Shown: piece by piece, positions 54,132-64,000 of the stretch | Layout of the letters: every line of letters starts with the position of its first letter | How positions within the stretch are numbered: the first letter of the stretch is position 1 | NCBI GenBank assembly: GCA_052327205.1 | Contig: JBMRGM010000035.1 | Coordinates: 96,534,001 to 96,598,000, forward strand | Reading direction: 5' to 3' | Length of the DNA stretch: 64,000 bases | DNA from: Somniosus microcephalus | Lineage: Eukaryota | Notes under the pieces: generated by a model | Databases searched by the model: none | Told to the model about the DNA's origin: nothing | Seen by the model: the letters and a program-made list of their open reading frames with translations, nothing else | Translations under genes and position numbers: made by a program

Positions 54132-54296
54132 GTGGTCTGACATTCCCCGGTTTTTACACACAACTTCTACGTGAGTTATGTCCGTTCGGCCTCTCCACAA
54201 CACTAAAATATAACCTGTAGTCTGACCTTCCCCGGCTTTACATACAACTTCTACTTGAGTTATGTCCGTTCGGCCTCTCCACAACAATAAAATATC
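54132..54296. repeat. ~85-bp tandem duplication in ERV leader
   Basis: GTCTGAC.TTCCCCGG.TTTACA.ACAACTTCTAC.TGAGTTATGTCCGTTCGGCCTCTCCACAACA occurs twice. Confidence 0.85.
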
Positions 54297-54753
54297 CCAA
54301 TCCCGGGTTCACAATTCTGTGATTAACGAATGTTATCTACATCCTTGCTTTCTGGTCTTCATGTGGAACTTACGTCCTCTTAGTTCCAGTTCAGTCCGTT
54401 AGGTGCTTGAGATATTTAATCACCCTTGTCCATGTCAATCACCCGGTATTTACACAATACCTAACCAAGACTCAATGTCAAAATTCGTACAATTAATCTC
54501 TTAGCCTGACCATCTTTTATTGCAACAGCAGTGTCCCTTCCAATACTAATGTTTACGCGTATTATTACAATAAGATGATACTCACTACACGTCCAAACGG
54601 GTCCGTTCTTTTACAGACTTGTCACGATTCGGATACTTGTTCTGCAGACAGACGAGAGAGCGCCTGGATCACGTAATTTTCAGGTGGTGTCCCAATATCT
54701 ACTCACCCCCTTGTGTCCTCTTGGCCGTCGTCCATCTATGTTCCGACGTATCC

Positions 54754-55362
54754 TGTGGCGAAATAAAATTAATTAAATCCGCACACTAGTCTGTAAATGG
54801 TAAAATAGCCAAGCAGTTTAATATAAACACAAAATTATTCAACAGTACAATACAAACAGTCCACAGAGGTACCTAGACGCTGATCAGGGAGACAGCTTAA
54901 AGCCCCACAGCTCGTTCCTGGCTGACTCGTCGATTGTCTTCGGTCTCCGGTATTTATGCTTACAAACCACACTGATTCATACTTTCACGTGACATGGCTT
55001 GTTCCGCAACACTTTGGTATTCAAACTGTATTTTGCTATTATCGGCAGTTTATGCAATGAACAGTCTAGCTTGTGGTTAAACCATCAGGCGCCCACCTGG
55101 TAACTTCCCTAGTCAGGGAGACAGCTATTTTCAGTCCAGCAGTCCTTTTGACCTATTATTGTCAAGTCGCTACCTCTTTTCTGTGTCTCTGCACGTCTAC
55201 TTCTGCATTGTCTATCTTTATCTTTTTTTTTGTGGTTGCGTGCTGAGCTGTGTGCAAAGCCTATGCTTTCACTTGCTGTTGCCCGGCAAAAGTGCATTGA
55301 CCATGTATTCTTACCCATAATGCTATGCATCTACTATGCGTGATTACAAATAATCCACTTCA
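54754..55362 (-). repeat. 5' LTR (last 3 nt and PBS missing)
   Basis: Direct repeat of 49362-49967; no TGG-starting PBS follows on the minus strand. Confidence 0.9.
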
Positions 55363-55833
55363 GCCATCTCCTTTTGATGGCGAGTGGGCAAGTCAAAGTC
55401 TATGAACTCTGAAGCCCTATGAAAAATGGCATCTGTGACCTTCTGAATGCAGGCCAATGCAGCACTCTGAGGGATTTCGAAATGTCACTGGTGCCTGCCT
55501 GAAATAACTCACTTGCAAACACGTTCAATGCAGTAATTACCTCATGTACACTGACAAGGCAGTATGCATCTTCGAGCATGTTTGAAGGTCCTCCTTTAAC
55601 ATGTCACATAGTCGGCCGATTGCCTCTTTACTGAAGTGCAGCCTCCTCACACACAACTCCTCCGACAGCATCTCAAATGACAGCTTTTCCCTGTACCCTC
55701 TCTAGCGTGGGTAGTGGGTCCTCCTGATCAGGTGACGGTGATGGCTCCTCTGTCTCCTTTGTTGTTCCATGGCGTTTCCAATTCTATGACGCACAATCGC
55801 ACTGAGGATCAGGGCAACATCGTCAAAGGGCAT
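55363..55833 (-). pseudogene. HARBI1-like transposase, N-terminal part
   Basis: ATG at 55833; YREKLSFEMLSEELCVRRLHFSKEAIGRLCDMLKEDL..ITALNVFAS..SQSAALACIQKVTDAIF..QKEMA, which joins MALAIYSIAG at 49358 across the TSD. Confidence 0.88.
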
Positions 55834-56883
55834 GTTACTACCTCACATGCTCCCTCGTTAAACAGATGAAGTACATGTAAGGAAAAAACTGTAAAGAGTT
55901 GTAAAAGTCATCTTAATGAAGTGAGTGGCTAAAAATTCACATCGGGCTGTGGTGGGAAACGTGTGGTATTGGCTTGGCCACACGTCATACCCGCCTGAAG
56001 AATATCATGGTCGGAGATGATTTTCTAAGAACTTTAACATTTTCACAAAGTCATACTTACAATTTTTAAAGGATATAGGAAATTTAACATGCAACTAATT
56101 CCTATATTTTGGTATCATTATTTAAAACATTAGTTAATATTCAATAAGTCATTTTTAAGCAGTCATTTTCACATTTAAGAAAATGAAATCTAATTCAATA
56201 GAATGATTACCTTGCACACAGTGAGAGCTGCTGCTTAAATTATCTACACTACTCAAAAAAGATTCAAAACCATTTTAATAAATTAAAGTTTTTAAAAACT
56301 TACCTCAGTCTTTCTACAAAGAACTGTACTCACTTTCACAATTAAAAATGTTCCATTACCAAGCCCATTGCTGAAAGAGTTCTACTTCCTGCAACAACTT
56401 CTGGTTCAATGTAGGCTGTATGCCTGCTTTTACTAGGTGGAGCTATTTCGGAGGTACCTGGGCTGAGCTACCTGAGACAAAATCTGAACTGGTAGGGCTG
56501 CCTTTCCTGCGCATGCATTTGATCTGTCAATCGCTTTCTTGACAGATCGGAAATGCCGGTTTCCAGTGCATGCACTTCCCATTCCTGAAACCGGAATTTC
56601 CGCTGACCCTACGTGTGTGTACACAGCGCGTACACACCGGTAGGGGTTGGAAATATACAGCCTGATGTTTTAATGTCCATATATATTTGCATATTTCACT
56701 ACAAGTTGCCTTACTTAAACCACAATCAGAAAGATTAAATCATTTACCTCTATCAGTTGTCAATTCATTTGCATTGGCTTTACAACTAGGCTGTTCTCTT
56801 TAATAGTCATCTATTTATTTCTGCTTCGTTCATTTTCAAACAACGGCATGGAGGAAAGCAAATAATCCCCCTGCAGATTCTAT

Positions 56884-57618
56884 GGCCCAGAAATTCGGGT
56901 CGGGGGCTTCCCACGGGTGTAAGTCCCCGACATGCACTTACCTTGCGCGCCAGCCATTGAGCTGTAGGGCCCCGTGGAATTCCGATCTGGGGCCTGCTCC
57001 AACTGCTGATGCGCTGTGCTTTCGTGTCCCAGGGGCGCAGTTAGTGCGATGCATCCCCTGGGATCACGTGGGCCATGGGCAGCCAATCGGAGGAGGGAAA
57101 AGCCCATTCATAAGTCTTGACAAGAAGAGCTGTCAAGACTTATAAATACTACGGCCCCAAAATAGCAGTGAACCTTCAAAAAAATATTTAAAAATTAACA
57201 CTTTTTAAATAAACTATAAATTACATTAAATAACATTTATAAACGATAATTTAAATTTTTCAAAAAAATAATTTTATATTCTAACGGGACTAAAAATAAA
57301 CTTACCTTGCTTTAAAGTATTTAAAAATAATAAACCCGTGGAGAAATTGTTTTAATTTTAATTAATTGACCACTTACCATGTAAAAATCAGGCCCTACGC
57401 CTGCGTTTACATTTCTAAATACTGCAGGCTTATGATCCCGGGAAAACCTGCAAAAAAAACGTAAGTTCCATGCGCACGCGCAGCCTCTCCTGCGCTCGTG
57501 CTCGACCTCTGAACCCCTTCGTTCAGAGGATCGGTAGTGCCGGTTTCCCTCGCATGCGCAGTGCATGCAGAAAACCGGCACTTCCATTCAGCCTATGGGT
57601 GAGTACTTCGTGCGTGCT
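56884..57618. mobile_element. MITE of the 32191 family, reverse orientation, one TIR missing
   Basis: Begins GGCCCAGAAATTCGGGTCGG; reverse complement of 32215-32901; flanked by a ~165-bp direct repeat. Confidence 0.8.
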
Positions 57619-57999
57619 CACAATCAGAAAGATTAAATCATTTACTTCTATCAGTTTTAAATTCATATGCATTGGCTTTACAACTAGGCTGTTCTCTTTA
57701 ATAATCACCTATTTATTTCTGCTTAGTTTATTTCCAAACAACGGTACGGAGAAAAGCAAATAATCCCCCTGCAGATCCTATGTTTCCTTTTGCACAGCCT
57801 GACGGGTCTGCGCAGTTAAGTTCACCACTTCCATGGGAACAATGGAATTCCTGTAATGGTACAGAAGATCAATCTAGTTTAAATCAAATTTACACTTATT
57901 AATTGAAATTACGCTCAAAAAATCACCAAAAATCTTACTTTGTTACAGATTCACGGCAAACAATCCCGTCAAACTAGTCCAACATGCTCACTTTATGAG

Positions 58000-58606
58000 T
58001 GGTCGGAAATAGAGTTCGAATCGAAGTTCGTGTCCCCGTCCTATTGGCATGGGTAGGGAATCTGTTGGGCAATACGAGGCAGAGAGCAGTATTCAGATTG
58101 GCAGGATGTGACTAGCGATGTGTCAACGGAACTGTACTGGGGTCTCAGCTTTTCGCTACATTTATAGTGACTGAGGTGAAGGAATATAGAGACATATATC
58201 CACGTTTGCTAACGTGGTGGGACAGTAATTAAGTAGACGGGAGCAGCCGGTTGCAAAGGGTAATTCATAAATTAAATGAATGAGCAAATCTCTGACAGAT
58301 GGAGTGCAAACAGGGGAAGTGTAAGGTCACTCACTTTGGAACTCAGAAAGATAGATCAGAGTTTATTGTAATTGGTAAGCAAATAGGAACTGTGGAGGAG
58401 CAGCGACTTATAGGGGTCCAAGTACAGAAATCACTAACAGCTATTGGACAGGTAAAAATACAATGAAAAACCCAATGAAATGGTGGCCTTTAACGCAACG
58501 GAGCTGGAATAAAAAGGGGGCCAGTGACATTACAGTTATATAAAAATCAGGTTTGCCCCCGTTCAAAGCGCTGCGTTCAGTTCTGGGCACACCACCTGAG
58601 GAAGCA
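58000..58606 (+). mobile_element. Old CR1 fragment, paralogue of 3240-4225
   Basis: Colinear with the unit 1 copy but without the solo LTR. Confidence 0.7.
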
Positions 58607-61135
58607 GATAGAGTCATAGAGTCATAGAGTCAAAATAGCACAGAAGGAGGCCATTCGGCCCATCGAGTCCGTGCCGGCTCTCTGTAGAGCAAGCCAGTCA
58701 ATCCCATTCCCCCGCTCCATCCCCTTAGTCCTGCAAGTTAATTTCCCGCAAGTGGCTATTCAGTCTCCCCTTGAAAACATTGAGTCTGTCGGCTTCCCCC
58801 ACTTCCCTCGGCAGCGAATTCCAGGTCCTCATCACTTGTTACATAAAGAAAGTTTTCCCTCACATCCCCCCTGTATATCTTGCCCGAAACATTAAACCCG
58901 TGACCCCAATCCTGGTACCATCAAGTAGTGGGAACAGTCTTTCCCCTTTTAGCCTATCCAAACCCGTCATAATCTTGTACACCTCTATCAAATCACTCCT
59001 CAGCCTCCTTTGCTATAATGAATACAAATCCAGCTTCTCGAACCTGTCCTTGTAGCTAAGATCCCCCATCCCCGGACCAATTCTGGTAAATCTCCTTTGC
59101 ACCCTCTCAAGGACCTTCTCATTCTTCCGAAAGCGTGGTGATCAGAACTGAACACAATAATCCAGTTGTGGATTAACCAGCGTGTTATCAAGATTCAGCA
59201 TAACTTTTCTACTTCTTTACTCAATACCTCTATTTATGAAGCCCAAGATCCCAATTGCTTTGCTAACCACTCTCTAATTATATCCTGACCAATTTCAGGG
59301 ACCTATGTAAACGGATATGATAAAATTAGGATTACGGAGACATGGCTGCAGGGTGACCAAGGCTGGTAATTCAACATCCAGGGGTATTCAATATTCAGGA
59401 AGGTTAGACAAAAAGGAAAAGGAGGTGGGTAGCATTGCTGGTTAAAGAGGAGATTAACACAATAGTCAGGAAGGATATTAGCTCTGATGATGTGGAATCG
59501 ATATGGGTAGAGCTGAGAAATACCAAGGGGCAGAAAAGGTTAGTGGGAGTTGTATACAGACCCCCAAACAGTAATGCTGAGGTTGGGGATGGAATTAAAG
59601 GGGAAATTAGAAATGCGTGCAGTAAGGGCACAGCATTTATCATGGGTGACTTTAATCTACATATAGATTGGTGTAACCAAATTAGTAACAATACTGAGGA
59701 GGAGGAATTCCTAGATGTATATGGGATGGGTTCCTGGACCAATATGTCGAGGAACCAACTAGAGATCAGGCCATCTTCGGCTGGGTATTATGTAAAGAGA
59801 AATGTTTAATAAGCAATCTTGTTGTGCGAGGCCCCTTGGGGAGGAGCAACCATAATATGGTAGAGTTCTTCATTAAGATGGAGAGTGAAGTAGTTGACTA
59901 AAAGACTAGTGTCCTGAATTTAAATAAAGAAATCTATGATGGTATGAGGCGTGAGTTGGCTAGGATGGATTGGGTAATGTTACTTAAAGAGTTGACGGTG
60001 GATAGACAATGGCAAACATTTAAAGATCGCATAGATGAACTACAGCATTTGTTCATCCCTGTTTGGAATAAAAAGTAAAACAAAAAAGGTGACTCAATCG
60101 TGATTTTCAAGGGAAGTTAGGGATAGCATAAGATCCAAGGAAAGGACACATAAATGGGCCAGAAAATGTAGCAAACCTGAGGATTTGGAGCAGTTTAGGA
60201 TTCAGCAAAGGAGGACAAAGGGATTAATTAAGAGGGGGAAAATAAAGTATGAGAGTAAGCTTGCTGGGAACATAACGGACTGTAAAAGCTTCTATAGATA
60301 TGTGAAGAGAAAAATATTGGTGAATTCAAGCGTAGATCCTTGCAGTCAGAATCAGGGGAATTTATAATGGGGAACACATAAATAGCAGAAAAATTAAATA
60401 CATACTCTAGTTCTGTATTCACAAAGGAGGACACAAATAACCTCCCAGAGGTGTCGGGGAACATAGGGTCTAATGAGAGGGAGGAACTGGAAGAAATCAG
60501 TATTTGTATGGAAATGGTGTTAAGGAAATTGATGGGATTGAAGGCCGATAAATCCCCAGGGCCTGATAATCTACATCCTAGGTTACTTAAGGAAGTAGCC
60601 CTAGAAATAGTATAAGCATTGCTGGTCATCATCCAAAATTCTATAGACTCTGGAACAGTTCCCATGGATTGGAGGGTAGCTAATGTTACCCCACTATTTA
60701 AAAAAGGTGGTAGAGAGAAAACGGAGAATTATAGACCGTTAAACCTGACATAGGTAATGTGGAAAATGCTGGAGTCCAGTATACAAAATGTAATAGCAGA
60801 GCACTTGGAAAACAGTGACAGGATCCGATTCCAATTCCCTTAGAAACCTGGGTTGCCAGCTATCTGGATCAGGCGACATGTCCACTCTAAGCATACCCAG
60901 CCTTTCTAATACATCCTGTGTATCAATTTTCACCCCTTCCATTGCTTCGACCTTTTCCACTTCTTCCGATACTTTTTCAGCATCCACCTCCTTAGTAAAC
61001 ACCGGTACAAAGTATTCATTCATTTCGCTAACCTTGCCCTGCATCTCTAAGCATATATCACCTTCTTTGTCTCTAATAGGCCACACCCCGACTCCTACTA
61101 CCCGATAACTTTTTAGATGCCTCGGAAAGTTTACA
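58607..61135 (-). mobile_element. CR1 fragment (58607-59306 and 60831-61135) with middle replaced by an opposite-strand CR1
   Basis: Matches 4226-4665 / 7066-7760 and 8580-8880; EYFVPVFTKEVDAEKVS in ORF 60739-61191. Confidence 0.8.
59307..60830 (+). mobile_element. Internal CR1 ORF2 segment (APE to start of RT)
   Basis: VGVVYRPPN, IMGDFNL; closely similar to 14197-15660; no 3' tail. Confidence 0.9.
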
Positions 61136-61796
61136 CTCAGGGCAACACTAAACGCTGCGACTGTGAAACTAAGCGATATTGGAAGCTGCATTAACTTGAG
61201 GCCAGTTAATGGTGTGAGCCAGCACAGTAAAGGCCAACACGCTGATTGAATCCCAAAGTCAAGGTGAGGCAGAGATTGTAATTATCGCACCGGCATCTAT
61301 GGGGGAGATTATATGCTTTACAGCCAGTTCATACGGATACGGCAAACTGGTGGCTGGAACCACCACCTTTGTATAATCCGATTGATTTCCCTGCCAATTA
61401 ATATTAAAAGAAGGAAAATGCGGCGGGTTGTGTTACCAGGTGATCCTTGGACAGAATTTCCTTTCAGTGCACCAGCCAATCAATCTACCGTTTTGGGGCG
61501 ATGGTAACCTAATCCGCCACTCGGTAAACTGACAGGATCCGGATCAGTACTGGTTTAACACTGTGCCGATTCTACTCTCTACTGAAGATAATGGAGAGTA
61601 ATATTGGGCAGGGAGTAAACGGAGCATTGCCCTCGATCCTGTGGATTTTTCACACTGCATGTTAGATTAAAACCACCGTGAGAGACGTTTGTGGGTCAAG
61701 GTTAGAAATTCATGAATTTTCATACCAATATACTGCCGAGTGATCATCCTCTCAATATAATGAGAGTCACTAACATCATATTCATTCTCTTTGCAG

Positions 61797-62699
61797 CAAA
61801 TTTAGCGACAATTGTGGTTCTCTCCCGTGGAAAGTGCTGTCTCTCCAAATGCATAACCAGTTACCTGATGGCGATGGCAACGGCTGATCTACTGGTCCTG
61901 ATATTTGCTGTAATCCTGTATCAGATTAATTATGCTTATTTTCCATATTCATTTCTGAACTACACTCCCATTTACATTCTCGATCTCGCCTTGATTTTTG
62001 CTTCCATTGATTGATCTGTCTGGTTAAATGTCGCTTTCACCGTTGATAGATTTGTGGTCATTTGTTGCCAAAGGTTGTGATCAAAATATTGTACCAAAGA
62101 AATTGCAGCTGTGGTTATAGCAGTGGTGTGTGGACCAAATGTTTTAGAAAGTGTTCAAGTCTACTTTGTATATGTACCTCGGGAAATAATTGACAACGAA
62201 CCATGGTCCTGCATTGAAAATCAAGCTACTATACCTCACCCATATCGGTTACATATTGTTGGTTGGAAAAAGGTTTAACCCCATTTGCTCCATTTGTGTT
62301 AATGTTACTGCTCAATGCTCTGACCATCAGACCCATTGTACTGGCCAATAGAGTGAGAAGGCGACTTTGTGGAAGCAATAATGCTGAGAATCACAATGAT
62401 TCAGAGAAAGAGAACCGAATGAAATCCATATTTTTACTGCTCGCCATATCTGCCAATTTTGTACTTCTATGGGCGGTTGCATTCGTACCTTATATAGTTG
62501 TACAATTTGAAGATACTCAATTTTTAGAGACAAATTGCAATACCCTTTCACTATTATGGAACAATCCGGGTATATACTTATCACTTTGAGTTGTTGCACG
62601 AACACGTTCATTTATGCAGTGTCCCAGATTTAATTCAGATTTGAGCTGATACATTTCATTAAGCGTCCCCTGGGACTAATAACGTATTTATTTAAGTAG
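61797..62699 (+). pseudogene. GPR139/GPR142-like GPCR pseudogene, unit 4, exon 2 only
   Basis: Acceptor tttgcag ends 61796; ANLATIVVLSRGKCCLSKCITSYLMAMATADLL; FTVDRFVVICC; TGA at 62012 and 62078, frameshifts near 62220 and 62540; TAG at 62697. Confidence 0.9.
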
Positions 62700-62977
62700 G
62701 TTAAATGGCTTCACCGAAATAAAACACAACAGGAATCATTTTAACTGTGTGAATGAATACAAAAGGGGCGATATCGAATTGACCGCACGTCAGGCAGCAT
62801 TGTCTGAAATGCAAAGGAAACAGGAAGTGATGTTTAATGGGCGGCTAATGTGCTGGAATCCATTCGACACTATCGTCCCAAACTGAAATTACTCCAATTA
62901 CAGCCCTGCAAATGGACCACATTGTTCAATAGAAATGTGCACAGATTCATGTCCCGTGGAATTCTCACCCTGAGCGA

Positions 62978-63758
62978 AAGCCTATAGACCGGCGTTTCCT
63001 GTTTCTGGCTGGCCAGCCACGTTTTATTTTCAATTAAAATGAAAAAAACATGGGAACAGGGCGTGCTAGTTCGAGAGTGTGGCAAATGCAAACCCCAGCC
63101 ATGGTAAGTTAGAATTACAGAGGGGGTAAGCTCGATAAGAATCATTCGATAATCTCACTGCTACTGGTTTAAGGTGATTGCCTAAGAACATTTTATAACA
63201 TGCCATCCTTGTTTTTTACTTGTATTCAGGCAAATAATTCACGGATCCTGTCCATTCCTGGTTGAATGCGGAATCCGTGATTTTATTTCTTATTGAAAAA
63301 AGTCCTGAGATACGATCAGAATTAATCTCTTACCTGTTTACAACCTCTTACACACAACAAAGTGATTGAGAAGAGATTACACGATGAATCACTGTCTCCA
63401 CCACGTAACGATAATGCTAGGGTGGGGGTGGGTTAGTTGTGAGCTTCGGCAGGATTAGGGGGGTGGGATAGGTTTGGTAACAATGGTGGTGTTCTAGAAT
63501 TTCAGAGCGCTGGTTTGGGAGTCCTGTGGTACAACTGCAGGGCAATGGCTGAGCTTAGATTTTGCCCAGTGGAGGCAGAGATCTAACATTTAGTAATGCT
63601 GGGGCACGATTGTTAGCTTTAGAAAAATCTGATTATGGATCGAGGTTTAAATGCAGCAGTTTTGCAGTAGGTGTGCTGAGGTGTGACAGGACAAATTGAT
63701 GGCCCCGGGATTTGCAGCGCTGCGGTAGCTGTTCTGAGGTAATTGACCCTGGGGGGTG
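62978..63758. mobile_element. Unclassified ~780-bp insertion
   Basis: Absent at the paralogous position in unit 1 (~10695); homology stops at 62977 and resumes at ~63759. Confidence 0.5.
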
Positions 63759-64000
63759 GGTGCTCGGGTTTAAGACGAACTGGAAATGGTGTATTCGGAG
63801 AATTGGTCCCTGGAGAATCCTTTCCTTTGGTAGTACCGCAGAGGTAGAACCGGAGTCTTGCAGAAGTCGAGAGTGGAATCTATTTTCAGGTGGGGGAGCA
63901 ATGCAAAGAGTATGCCACCATTGGTGGGAGTGGGAGGATCCCAGGATCTGACAACATTTCGGTGGATGGCCATGAATGTGAAATTAACTTCGTCAGAAAT

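Larger units (their letters stand above)
49359..55362 (-). mobile_element. Endogenous retrovirus, internally deleted, lokiretrovirus-like (LTR-gag-IN-orf-env-LTR)
   Basis: Two ~609-bp LTRs; TSD GCCAT at 49354-49358 and 55363-55367; PPT next to the 3' LTR; retroviral integrase; env with cleavage site, heptad regions and TM anchor. Confidence 0.92.
46074..56661. mobile_element. PIF/Harbinger DNA transposon (formerly autonomous), interrupted by an ERV
   Basis: Imperfect TIR GGGCCGTATTTTCC / GGAAATATACAGCC; convergent Myb/SANT (+) and transposase (-) genes. Confidence 0.85.

Noticed and set aside
61712-62014. ORF start at 61712 as an intronless GPCR start
   Set aside because: The first 85 nt are intronic, upstream of the conserved acceptor at 61796, and the frame stops at 62012

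Overview
Eukaryotic, repeat-dense genomic DNA, most likely from a cartilaginous fish (inferred from the CR1 LINEs with (CTCTATGA)n-type tails, an HE1/V-SINE-like SINE, Penelope fragments and a GPR139/142-like receptor array). I can see no intact host gene. The backbone is a tandem segmental array of four two-exon GPR139/GPR142-like class A GPCR units, all disrupted or partial, with a 5'-truncated TRIM (coiled-coil + PRY/SPRY) pseudogene between units 1 and 2. Many mobile elements are layered on top: CR1 and other LINEs, Penelope fragments, a solo LTR, an old LTR element with a tRNA-His-like PBS, a PIF/Harbinger transposon (Myb/SANT gene plus HARBI1-like transposase) and its MITE derivatives. 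The most notable feature is a 6-kb endogenous retrovirus inserted in the Harbinger transposase (49359-55362, 5-bp TSD GCCAT). It has a retroviral integrase, a small transmembrane ORF, and an env laid out like a paramyxo/pneumovirus F protein rather than a gamma-type env, which suggests a lokiretrovirus-like element. All alignments and translations outside the ORF track were done by eye, so boundaries are approximate unless a TSD or splice site is quoted.
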